A stretch of DNA of 57,568 bases, filler included, from Platydemus manokwari (Eukaryota), in the NCBI GenBank assembly GCA_037951405.1. It is 5 parts of 5 records of this genome, joined end to end, with 100 filler letters (N's around TTAATTAATTAA, not from the genome) between each part and the next. Parts side by side here need not be neighbours in the genome. Positions count along the whole stretch, not along the records: positions 1 to 9,715 come from JBBMOY011214100.1; positions 9,816 to 27,580 come from JBBMOY010844422.1; 3 more parts are not named here. One strand, written 5' to 3'. Made by a program: the position numbers and the translations under genes. Under the pieces are notes generated by a model, which worked only from the letters and a program-made list of their open reading frames with translations, was not told the origin of the DNA and made no database searches. Numbering within the stretch: position 1 is the stretch's first letter; each line of letters starts with the position of its first letter. Shown piece by piece: positions 1 through 11,760 of the stretch.

Positions 1-1909
1 ATGTTTAAATGATTTGGTAAAACAAAAACTTTAAACAACTAAAAAACATGAATAACTTTTGACTCAGCCTAATATAGTAGTGCTATTTTAATATAAAGTG
101 ACATTGAAAAATTGCTTGGAAATCATCAACTAGCAAAAGTTATCGATTGTCCAACGATTAGTGATAACTTCAATAATGATGACATAGATTCGAATGTATC
201 ATCTAGAGAATTATGGGATAGTGTTTTCGAAGTTTTTCAGATACTGATGAGTAGAAAGGACAGAATAACATAATGTTGGATGATCCAATCTCACAACCTT
301 ATTAACCCTTACAATGGGTATGAGTCATTATAGTTTTTACTTAGTGTCATCGCTTTATTATAAGCTTTGCCAAACTCTTTTATTTTAAGATTCATATTAG
401 CTAATTCCGATATTTCTATAAAAAAAAACTTTTCCACTTTGAAAATGCAATCAGCATTAAACCAATTTATCACAAATTTAAATCATTTATGTTTTGTAAA
501 AGGGATCCATAAGGGCACCTCAAATTAATAAAGTAATAGTCTTGACGCTAGTTTCAATAATAGTTTTGCCAACATTTTGGTTTGATTAAAGTTATTTATT
601 GTTTATTGATCAATAGTAGATTTTCGTGCAATTTCAACCTATTTTATCAACAAACATTGATCATTTTTGATAAAAATAAACATTAGATACAAATAATTTT
701 CCGTCAAAAATATGTGGTAAGATTTCAAATACCTTGAACAAGAGGATTTTCCCACTGATCACTTAATTCAGTATTTAATATTATATTTATAGATGATAAG
801 GAATTAAGAGTAACTTAAACTATTTTTTAAATTCCACAAGAGTGGAAAACAAAAACCCATAACCGATCAAAATCGAATATTTTTATCGATTACTTAATGA
901 TAACCAACGTAATTTTCTACTCAGATATTATTTCTGCTGTGATATCAGAGAAATCGAACTGAATTTTGCAAATCTTTCTTTGTTGGAAATGTAATAAAGT
1001 GGAATCCATCTAGGTTTGATTTTCATACACATTCACATTATATTCGTCTGCAAGGATTCAATCTGATAAAAATCAGAATTTATGTTTGCCGCGGCCTTTT
1101 CTTTTGACTACTCAATGATAGCAGTCGTTCGTGTAATGTGAAAAATTCAACTTCGAATTTAAATTTAAAAAAGTTAAAATTATAAACAAATAAAGCTACT
1201 AGGTTTCTGAAATCATTCGACTTGATTGATTTACTCTGACATTTCTCTTTGCAAAAATATTATTTTCAAGTGGCTCAGTTAAACTTTTTAAATAACCAAA
1301 CATCGAGTAAGCATGCAGCCAAGTAAAATGTCAGGAATATAAGAGGTATTTTCTTTACCAGCGAATTTCTTTTAAAAAAAATCACTATTTTGCACAGGTA
1401 AAATCATGTAATTTTTAGGGTCTAAAACGTTAAATATTGTGCTGGCTAATAATTAAAAAATACATCTGTAAATTATATTAAACTACAATATCACAAGCTC
1501 AACTATTAAAACTTTTATTCAAGTCAACAATAGTCTATCAGCACCCAAAAGTCAAAGATAGAATAGAAAACAACCAAATAGACTGGTTGCTGCAAATCAC
1601 CTAAAAGTCAAGAATAAAACACAGGTTACCGACCAAACAAGATTGGAGGTTACTCATGGAACTCAACCCCCTTTATAGACACATTGAGTGTGTCTGCTTG
1701 ATGACATGGATCTTCGTTTTTCATTTCGAACATCAGTCTGCTCGCAATTTTCCTGGTATCTCTTATGCAATTGACAGATATTTGAGTTTACTGCTATTTG
1801 TAGGTACTTGCCTGTCGATTTTTAACTTTTAATTATGGATTAATATTAGAAAGAATCTATTTGACTGATGGTACATGTGCTTATAGGATGTGTGTGTCGA
1901 CTCTTTTTC

Positions 1910-1949
1910 GGGTTATTTCCTTGGTTCCTGTAAACCTTTTGGCTGATTT
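1910..1949 (+). repeat. Dispersed ~40-bp repeat, second copy at 47338-47377
   Basis: TTATTTCCTTGGTTCCTGTAA(A/C)CCTTTTGG(C/T)TGATTT occurs at both loci. Confidence 0.8.
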
Positions 1950-2687
1950 TGTGATCTACGAACAATTGAAATGAAAGTGTTAAATTTAAAATCTAATTGT
2001 AATGTTAGGTAAAGTATTTGAAAAAAGTTTGCAAATAAAAATTCTTAAAATTCCACCTGCACTCCTTAGTTTCACTTTTATAAATTCAAATAATGCGAAT
2101 CGCTTAGCAAAATAAAATATTTAAATCAAATATATTATAATTATTAGTGAACATTCCATTTGAATAAATGTTAATACGAAGTTTGTCCTTCTGAAATGGT
2201 TCCAACCTTACAAAATCGATTTGTCTTTTATTATTTATATGTTCTTTCTTATGAATTGGAAATTCCTTAAATATTTTGTTTGTGGTTTTCTACATCAGCA
2301 AATCTCAGCTCGTACGTTTTTCACTTTTTGCTTGTACTTGAAAATCCTTCAAATGATTGAGGATTTATTAACGTTTTCATAAATAATTTTTTCAAAATTT
2401 AAATTACCGACATATTTGACTGCCGATCCTGATTTCAAATTCAACAAGTGAAAAATTTTGAATTTTTAATATTGTGGAAGAAACTAAGTTAAAACTCTCA
2501 ATTTTCACAATGAATGAATATTCATGTATTCTAATATTATTAAATAATCTGATGACATAAATTTGTTGAATAAAATTTGACCTTAGTACAACGAAAATAT
2601 AAAAATATATTGTTATTGTGTTATTTTCAAAATTAAAATGACCATTTAAGCTATCTGATGATCAATTTTCGTTTAATTAAGAAAATC

Positions 2688-2834
2688 NNNNNNNNNNNNN
2701 NNNNNNNNNNNNNNNNNNNNNNNNNNNNNNNNNNNNNNNNNNNNNNNNNNNNNNNNNNNNNNNNNNNNNNNNNNNNNNNNNNNNNNNNNNNNNNNNNNNN
2801 NNNNNNNNNNNNNNNNNNNNNNNNNNNNNNNNNN
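2688..2834. other. Assembly gap (147 N)
   Basis: Plain N run without the linker core. Confidence 0.99.
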
Positions 2835-3709
2835 TTATAAATAATTTCCATAAAATATAAATTATTAAATATATTTTAAAATGAACAATACCGCTATGTA
2901 AAAATACATAAATTATCATATTTCCATTAAAGGAAATCAGAGTACGATGTTAAATTATTTGGCTACAACGAACATTTTTTTAAAAAAGAAAAGAAAAATA
3001 TTTTCTTAATTTTTTTGTTAGCAAATCATAGAAATAATTGTCATAACATTTTGTCGGAAGGAATTTATTGAGAAATAAACAAGCGTGTTTCTCGTGCACT
3101 GTTTCTCCATTTTAAGAAATAGAGTAATTATATTTAAGTTTGCTAAGAGAAAAACGATTTTTTAGTATAAAAAAACATTCCAGAAATATTTTCATTATAG
3201 GAAATAATAATAATAAAAGAAATTGTTATTAAAAACAATTTATTTTGAAAAGAAATCACAAAAAAAATACCGAGTAATATTTGTTTTATTCTTGTGTTTA
3301 AGAAATTTATTTGATTTCTTGATTTTTGAGTTATTTTTAATGAGAAATTTGATTATTAAATTGATGTTATACAAATTTGATCAAATGATATTAAGGACCG
3401 AGTTTTATTAACCAGAAAATTAGAATACTACCAATTATAATTAACAGTTTAAAAAGCATTTTAGAATTTTAGTGTATTCAAAATTCGATTTGTCCATCAA
3501 GTACCCATAATGAACGAAAACCATGGAAATAACTCTCAAAGGCCAACATATATACAGACTCTGTAAGCACACGTGCCAATAGACAATCAGATGCTTAGTA
3601 AATATATGATACGTTTTGGGGTCACTGCTTTAATCTACGACTTAATCAGTTCTCAAAGTCCGTTTCAACCCTTAGGTAGTATTCCTACCTATAACTTTTG
3701 ATGTTTCTA

Positions 3710-3968
3710 CGCCTCGAGGTTCTCAACTTAAATATAAAGGCATAGAAATCGATTTAATTAATTTTAATTTTATCATACAATTACCGGGTTTCTTATTAAT
3801 TATAAATTGGGGTTTAAATTATATATTATATTATACTATATTATAATCCTGTTGGTCTCCATGAATTATAATAAAAAAATTTACATTAAAATTTCATCTA
3901 ATAATAAAAATTATACCTTAATACACGCAACTATTGTCTGATTAAAAAATTGTCATATGCCACAAAAC
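3710..3968. repeat. Internally deleted copy of the 33680-34929 element
   Basis: 3710-3760 (cgcctcgaggttctcaactta..aaatcgattt) matches 33682-33745; 3762-3968 (ccgggtttcttatt..aataataaaaattatac..attgtcata..caaaac) matches 34637-34916. Confidence 0.8.
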
Positions 3969-5584
3969 ATATATATGTATATATATAGAACTCGTTAATC
4001 AACTGGGACACACCTACAACATGCAACAAACATTGAGATTAGCTATTGTACGAGAGATACAAAGAAATGCTAACAAACCGAGCTGTAAACTGGTCTATTA
4101 AATAAAAAGTAAAGCCTTGAGACCTCAAATTTACACAAATAATAAGTCTATAAAAGAAGTTGGACTTTACGAGCATCTACCACTATTTCTTGCGCGGTAA
4201 CTATTGTGGGTCCAGACTTTTATATGATTTTCTAGCAACTAGTCTTCATGTTTGTTATCATTCGTTGACTATCTTTTGGGTGCTGATCTCGATATGTGTT
4301 ATTGATTTGATTATTGTGATTGCGATTCCAGACTGTGAATGATTGACGATATAGTTGTCTGTATAATATTGTGATTTCTAATTATTATTTTAACATACTA
4401 AGAACGGTTTTCTTTAAGAAAATTGTTGTAAAAAATCACAATGACAACAAATAATACTACAAAATTAAACAAAAAACTTAAAACGATTAAAATGAAAAAA
4501 TGTTCATATCTATATTTGGTAACAATTGTATTTTTATATTATTTTGTTATCGTTTGCATATCACTGTTCAGTAATCAAATATCAAATATCTGTTAAGAAT
4601 CCGAATACAGTTACGACACAAATAGTTATGCAGCATCATATTCATGACATAAGAATCAATATCTATGTTTCATCTTCGAGTTGAATATTTTGGTTCAGAC
4701 ATGATATTTGATAATTATCACCGACAGCTTTAAATTATTATCTACTTAATGCGTAGTCAACAAATGGTGATGAAGTTAAAATGCATGAAATTATTAATAA
4801 GATCAATAAAATGTATTTATATTAATGAAAACAAACCACCGAAATCATAATAAACAAAGATCTAATATTTTGCTACACTCATTTTTGTTATCTCACTTTA
4901 AATATATAAATTATTCCAGAATTTTTTTTGAAAATCTTGCAGTATAATTTGTACTGTGCATATGTGTGTATAAATATTATTAGCTCCAGATTTATTGAGA
5001 TATTTTTATGTCAAAGTGTTGAATTTATATCTATAAAAAAATGTATTTCATTATTTAAAAATATTCTTTACAAATCGTTCATCGTCGCATAGAATTATAC
5101 AAGTTACACAGTGGATCATATATGTTTGTGAGTAGTGATTGTTTTTGATCTAATTCTTTGTTAGTAAATAAAACTATCTAGTTTTTATACAAGCTACATA
5201 TCACTCATAAGGTTTGTTAGAACATGTTTATCGAGATTTGTCAGTTTAAGAGGTTCCATTTTCTTTAGATTTAACTTTGTGAATATTTGTTGTTAATCTT
5301 TTTTAAACAAAGGATTGTCAAAAATGCTTAACTAGCAGTAACGAAGCAAGAATAATTCCATCAAAATGGTTTTTGAAAAAGCATAAATAATCGACGATTC
5401 GACTAAAAAGAATTTTAATTGCAAAGAAATATTCTCAATATTTTAAGAAATTTAATACGTATTGTTAGTTGATATTTTATCAATTAAAGAAAACATGATC
5501 TACTTTACAGGTATAAAAAATATTTACGTTAGTTAATATTTATTCAATTATAGAAATATTACAAAACCCACAACCTATTCAATA

Positions 5585-5904
5585 GGTAAGTAGTTACTGT
5601 TAATACATCCTACATAAATTACTAAACTAAATCCCATTTGTAACATTCTCAAATCATTCAAATCAACAATTTATTAAATATGGTGAGGAAAATTAAAAAT
5701 CTTTGTCCGAAACAGTGTGTGAGTCATCTTTGAGTTTGCTATCCTCATCTGTTGCTGCCATATTATTTATTGTCATCTTATCCTTATTTTTTAATCGTTA
5801 TTTTTATATTGATCAAACTACAAATTACTATTACTGAATGATTAATTTTTAATCCAATCTTAGTAATTTCTTATTTACATTTTAATAACAGTTAGTTACT
5901 TACC
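5585..5904. mobile_element. Decayed fold-back element/MITE
   Basis: Three nested inverted pairs centred near 5745: GGTAAGTAGTTACTGTTA/TAACAGTTAGTTACTTACC, AAATTACTAA/TTAGTAATTT, AATCATTCA/TGAATGATT. Confidence 0.55.
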
Positions 5905-6080
5905 TTGATAGTCGTTAATTTTAAATATTTAAATTATCCTAAATATTATGAATCTTTTTCGGAACAATGTTAGTCATTTAAATCAAGCTTAACAATTATG
6001 TTGAAAATGTGATAGAGTTAATAAAGAGTCTAAAAATAAAATTTAAAATTATTTGAATACGTTGCAGAAATCTATATAGT

Positions 6081-6578
6081 TTATATAATTATATTCTTTA
6101 AAACATTTTGAATTTTTTATTTATATACGTATGAAAATTTTCAGTTGTTTAAAATCAAATATTAAATAAAGTAGAGCTTCAAAATATCCTCAAATGTAAT
6201 TCTTTGAAAAAATGAAAAAAAGTATGTCGAATTGCCATTTATTGAAAAGTATCGAGGAACAGTGTTTTAACATTTGAAGTAAATTGAGAGATATTCTCAA
6301 TTTTTACAATTATTTTTATAAAAATAGCCAATGAAATTATTAAACATGTCTGTAGCTAACTAATTCGATTTTTGATTAAAAAATTTAAAATTAAAACTCC
6401 AATAATCATATAGAACTGTTGTTATTAGAATAGTAACTATGTTTTGTCCTTATTAGGCATCCTAAAAAGTGACTAACTGAATTAAACGAATAAATCAAAT
6501 ATCGCAATTATATATAATTATATTCTTTAAAACATTTTGAATTTTTTATTTAAGTACGCTTGAAAAATTTCAGTTGTT
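6081..6578 (+). repeat. ~68-bp direct repeat pair upstream of atlastin
   Basis: 6081-6149 and 6511-6578 share TATATAATTATATTCTTTAAAACATTTTGAATTTTTTATTTA...TTTCAGTTGTT. Confidence 0.85.
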
Positions 6579-6739
6579 AATTAAGCTATAAATATGTAAT
6601 TAAGTTATAAAATTATCCTATCCACTTCTTTTCTTAACTTAAACCTGAAAATGAAATGAACATTTTTCTTAATAGTTTAAAATATTAGAATTAATAAAAT
6701 TCACAAATCAATGATAATTTAAATAAATTAAATTAGAGG

Positions 6740-8287
6740 ATGCAATCTAACGGTAAAGGTATTTCGTCACAATCTTCGGAAATTACTGGAGAACCATTGC
6801 CAATTGTTTTTGTAAATGAAAATGCTGATGTCAATACAAAACGAGTTAAGATCTCAATCAAAAACTTGCGTCAAGTCTTTTTAGACCCTCGAATAGCTAA
6901 CAGTAAAGTGATGATTGTGTCCATTTGTGGAACAAAGAAAACGGGAAAATCATTTTTCATGAACATATGTTTACGATATTTACAAAAACGAAGAATTGAA
7001 TCTTTTATATCCAATCAAGAATCAATGTCTGGATTTCAATGGGGATCATCTTTGGAAAGTTCTAGTTTAACTATTTCGATCTGGAGTGAACCATTTATAA
7101 TAGAAACACCGGTAAAAGATAAAGTGGCCATATTGTTAATGGATTGTCATGGATCTTATAACAACAAAGTTTTGATTAAAGAAAGATTTGCAATTCATGT
7201 AATGCTTCAAATCTTAAGTAGTTTGCAAATATACAATGTTTCCAGACAAATCCATGAAAATAATTTACAGTGGTTAGCTATGAATTCAGATTATTCGAAA
7301 ATTTGTAAGAGTCAAGTTAGTAAAGAAAATTTAAAAAACCCAAGCAAACCTTATCAGACATTATGCATCCTTATTAGAGATTGGCCTTGTTCATATGAAT
7401 TTTTTTACGGATCAGCTGGTGGTCAACAATATATCAATCGATACATGTCTACTCAACACTCAAATTTACCAAGTCAAAATATAGCTTTACGACAATTTTT
7501 AAATTCCCAATTCACCAACATCAATTGTTATTTAATGCCTCATCCTATAATTGAAAATCCGAACTTTAGTAACTTTGAAGGAACTTGGGGAGAGCTATCA
7601 AATGAATTTCAAGAACACGTTTTAGGATTTATGAAAAATATTTTTTCTCCTCAATCTTTAGTAATCAAGGAACTCAACGGCCAGTCACTTACTGGAAAGG
7701 AGTTTCTCAATAATATTGAGAATTATTTTAATGCAGCAACATTTATAGATAATCCTAAACCACACATTGTGTTTGACGCTTGCGCTAAAGTCCATCATCA
7801 GTTGATATTTGATGAATGTATAAATCATTATTGTAACTCCATGAAGTATCGAAATCTCCACAGTAAGTCCGCTAAAATTCTTCTGTCTTTTCATACAAAG
7901 TGCAAAATGTCCACTTTACAAAAATTTGACGATTCTTCTAAATTTGGATTTAGTAAATATTCAGAAAACTTTCGTACGAAGCTGGAATCACAAATTGACG
8001 AAGAATTTATACGATTTTATGCTATCAATCCAACTAGACCAGTTGCTATCACGCATTTGTTATCATTAATAGTTACTAGCATTTTATTTCTTTCTATTAT
8101 TGGATTCTGCAGTAAAATCTTATATATAATGAACATAACATTGATTTTGGAATCTATAGAGACATTTATTTTTACAATGGTAATTATATTAATTATTTAC
8201 TGTTCAGTGACAATAAAGAAATTATATAATCAACTAAATATCAACATTGAAATGCAAACAATATTGGAAAATCAATTTTTAAATTGA
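6740..8287 (+). CDS. ATL: Atlastin-like (GBP/atlastin family) membrane GTPase, single exon, 515 aa
   Basis: Uninterrupted ORF with P-loop VSICGTKKTGKSFFMN, 'IWSEPF', G3-like LLMDCHG, QIYNVS, G4 IRDW, CYLMPHP, a helical middle domain and two C-terminal hydrophobic segments. AATAAA at 8319-8324. Confidence 0.9.
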   Translation: MQSNGKGISSQSSEITGEPLPIVFVNENADVNTKRVKISIKNLRQVFLDPRIANSKVMIVSICGTKKTGKSFFMNICLRYLQKRRIESFISNQESMSGFQWGSSLESSSLTISIWSEPFIIETPVKDKVAILLMDCHGSYNNKVLIKERFAIHVMLQILSSLQIYNVSRQIHENNLQWLAMNSDYSKICKSQVSKENLKNPSKPYQTLCILIRDWPCSYEFFYGSAGGQQYINRYMSTQHSNLPSQNIALRQFLNSQFTNINCYLMPHPIIENPNFSNFEGTWGELSNEFQEHVLGFMKNIFSPQSLVIKELNGQSLTGKEFLNNIENYFNAATFIDNPKPHIVFDACAKVHHQLIFDECINHYCNSMKYRNLHSKSAKILLSFHTKCKMSTLQKFDDSSKFGFSKYSENFRTKLESQIDEEFIRFYAINPTRPVAITHLLSLIVTSILFLSIIGFCSKILYIMNITLILESIETFIFTMVIILIIYCSVTIKKLYNQLNINIEMQTILENQFLN

Positions 8288-8669
8288 AAATTTACATTGT
8301 TTTTTTTTCTGAAATTTTAATAAAAATCATTACTAATATATTTATTCAAGTCATAATAACTAAAACAAACTAATTGAGAATACAGTAACAAAATCAATTC
8401 AATAAATTATATTCATTTATAAATTCGGTACTTATTTACATTACGTGGATTTCTCTCTCTCTCTATAACCATATCAAATACAGAAAACATTAGAAACAAA
8501 AACTAAGATTGAACGTTCTAAGATTGAAATGATATCCATATACATATTTGTTTTCTCCTAATTATCTTTGATAATCTCATTATAACTGTATTGATCACAA
8601 TGTCGGAAGAACAAAACCAAGGCACGGATTTTTAAATTAAACTTCATATCAGGCTTTTTAACAATGATA

Positions 8670-9505
8670 TCAAAATTTCCACTGAAAACTGTTGTTCCAT
8701 GACATTTCAGAACTGGATGGTTCAAATCTATTGGCAAGAAGAATATGATTGTATGGTTGATGTTGCAGGCTTGTCTGGTGGTTTAAAGATGTACATGCCG
8801 CCAAAATTTGATTTTGAGTGTAGTTCATTTGAGAATTATTTGAAGATAACAATAGATGTGCAGTGGTATCATAGAATAACTGAGAGGGAACTGATAGAGT
8901 AGGTAACATAGAACTTAAATTAACAGTAACTGGAGGTGTTAAACTATTAATAAATGATCCATTATGCGGATTGAGAACATTGTTGAAATATGGTGAAAGA
9001 GCACCAAGATTATTATGCGATAAGGAGGAAGGATTTGGTGGCATTATTAATTGATTGAAAATATTGTTTGGTAAAAGATATTGATTTGATCCACCGAAAA
9101 TATCGATTTCGTCAGCAAAATTATTATTATCTTTGGAATTGATTTTGTTGTGAATTGAACACAACAATGTGTTATGATTATTTTGTACAAAATTAGATTC
9201 AGACTTAAAATTTGAGAAAGAAGAAAGTTCTTTTGAAAAATTTTGATAAAAATTATCAGTCTTGGAAGAAGAACTTTGACGATGGGAATTTAATATTGAA
9301 TCATTGTCATTATTATTAATCAATTTTTCTTGTTTAATGGAATTGGTTTTGATATTGATTTGAGAATTTCTATTCAAACCAGTACTTGATATTAATTTAA
9401 TGAAAGGCACGATGGGCTCAGGCGGTGGTAAAGGATGGTGTAATGGTTTCCACATAGAATGAACAAACAAATTAAGGCTTTGGCCATTATGATAAGTAGT
9501 GAAGG
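8670..9505 (-). CDS. Terminal coding exon of an unidentified protein (N/S/Q/H/P-rich low complexity, possibly regulatory)
   Basis: 266-aa ORF extends upstream in frame to acceptor atttatcatttctag (AG at 9507-9506): xFTTYHNGQSLNLFVHSMWKPLHHPLPPPEP... Upstream exons not found; assembly linker at 9716-9815. Confidence 0.7.
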
Positions 9506-9662
9506 CTAGAAATGATAAATAATCTTGAAATTAAACATAAAAATAATAAATGACAACTTTTCGATTGCTCACAAGGATCCAAATTATTGGACTGCATCTA
9601 AATAATTTGAAATTTAGTCAAAAGATATACAGGCACTCGCTCACTCACTCACACACATATAA

Positions 9663-9715
<53 letters not shown>
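9663..9715. repeat. (CA)n(TA)n microsatellite at contig end
   Basis: Directly visible; abuts the linker. Confidence 0.95.
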
Positions 9716-9815
9716 NNNNNNNNNNNNNNNNNNNNNNNNNNNNNNNNNNNNNNNNNNNNTTAATTAATTAANNNNNNNNNNNNNNNNNNNNNNNNNNNNN
9801 NNNNNNNNNNNNNNN
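9716..9815. other. Artificial assembly linker N44-TTAATTAATTAA-N44
   Basis: Identical 100-bp structure occurs four times in the window. Confidence 0.97.
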
Positions 9816-10069
9816 TATGATAGGTGTACAAACTATTACATGTGAAAAATCGTGTTTTATGATGCTGTTAAATAAATAGTGTGGAGCTGATTTAACTACT
9901 TCTGTTCACAATTACCTTGACTACAACAGTTAAGTACTTTATAGGTAATATTATTATCTGATAATCTTATTATTATAGGTAATTCATTACTAGTTGTAAA
10001 TCGTTGAAATGTTGCACATTGGTTTTATTAAATATGGTGAGTTATGACTTATTTTAGTTATATTGATTT

Positions 10070-10136
10070 TTTTTGGGGTCGCCAAGATCTTAAAAATGGG
10101 GAATGGGTCGTCATAGAAAAAAGTTGAGAACCACCG
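10070..10136. mobile_element. End of a hAT (Charlie-type) non-autonomous element
   Basis: GGGGTCGC...GGGTCG...AAAAAAGTTGAGAACCACCG resembles the reverse complement of the CAGTGGTTCTCAAC terminus of hAT-Charlie elements. Other end not seen; a linker lies upstream. Confidence 0.6.
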
Positions 10137-11049
10137 AATTATAGGAAGACGACCTATTAGCTCAATAATTACATCATGAATAATAAAGGAAGAAATATTT
10201 AACGGTTGAAATATTTGAAAAAGACAGTAATCATAGTGCGGATATTGTCATAATGCCTATAAATCTGGAAAAGGTAATAATTTTATTTTATGGTTGGTGT
10301 ATTTTTTAATAAGATTATTTTTTATCGTTTCTTATTTTATAGTGCAGAATTGCTTTTTTATCATTTATTAGAAATAAGACAAAACATAAATACTAAATAA
10401 GACCGATAGATTTGAAAATGATATTGAAGTATATTCAAATGTTTCAAATGTTTTGACGGATTCATTTACACTGACAAATAAAACCGCCCTCACTAGTAAA
10501 TGATTCTTGATACTAATACTCATACATAAATGATTATTGGATTTTTATTACCACATTTAATGTTGAAATGATTCATCCCATGATACAGACGTCACTAGTT
10601 TGTTTTCCCTTTAATAAATTTAAAAGAGTATCAATATAAATTTCATTTACAAGTTGTTTTACGAGAACAAAAATAATAAATAGTGATGGAATTTTATAAT
10701 GTATCTATGGCTGAGATAGAGGTGAATTAATTCCACAAATAACTGAATTATAGGTTGCATGCAGCTATTTAGGTATAAATAATATGATAAATCAATGACG
10801 GCAACAATATTTATTCGTAAGTACAACAATTACAGTATTAATTACTAATAGCAACGGTGTAATATTAGAAGCTTTGTGTTCGGATGTCGCACTTTGAAGG
10901 ATTTTTAACTACCAATGTAGAGAACAAATGCAGCCCAACTCTAGAAGAAACAAAAGATCTAAGAAAGAATAAGTTTTAAAAGATTTCAAATGTTCACTTT
11001 GACCTTATTGTTATTATTTTAACAATAAATGATTTAAAAGAAAAATTAT

Positions 11050-11760
11050 TCACTGTCGAAGCACCTATAATCAAATATAGAATATGCATTCTCATAGAAG
11101 ATTCACATTTTTATTTTTATGCTATCTGCGATAATTTGGTAACTACTTCATAGTTTTTTTGTGCCTGCCTATCTTATCTGTGATCGACATGCTTTTTAGG
11201 TGTTGTTTATTTATAATTACAATTTGTTTATTGTTTTAGTAACGTACAAATTACTCTGCTGTCGTGCTTTCTGTCATCTATTTTCGTGAATATTACATAA
11301 ATATTTGTTTATTTAAATTTATGTTTCATGTTTACATTAATAAATTCGTTAGTTTCATGTTGAATTTCATATTATATTTAAATTTTTTAATATTTGAATT
11401 CAATGTTCACAGTTTCTGCCAATTTAGTTTCTTTTGTACAAAATATTATTCAAATTTCCGATTCTTATCATATAAATTTCTACTTCTGCCAATAGATTTT
11501 TCAGAATATTTTAATTTCCTTTTCTTTAAATATGCAATCTATTTCTGTCAAAATCTTGAGAAATTCAACAAATAATTCTGGATTATAATTTTGGGGTTTA
11601 CCGTTATATCCATATTTCCATTGTCTTTCCTATATATTATTCGTTTATTATTCATAACTAAACGATAGTTCGAAAAGTCTATAAATAACTGATTATTGTT
11701 TTAGCTGTAATTATCCCATTTATTGATATATTTTCATTATTTTAAATTTTGAACTTATTC
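11050..11760 (-). mobile_element. Possible decayed Penelope-like fragment
   Basis: Purine-rich minus strand with IYRK/YIGKT-like sequence near 11620-11640; many stops. Confidence 0.25.

Noticed and set aside
98-273. Open frame SDIEKLLGNHQ...RKDRIT* at the window start
   Set aside because: Could be a terminal exon or transposase relic, but it is short and unrecognisable.
2651-2919. ORFs spanning the N gap
   Set aside because: Artefacts of N runs.
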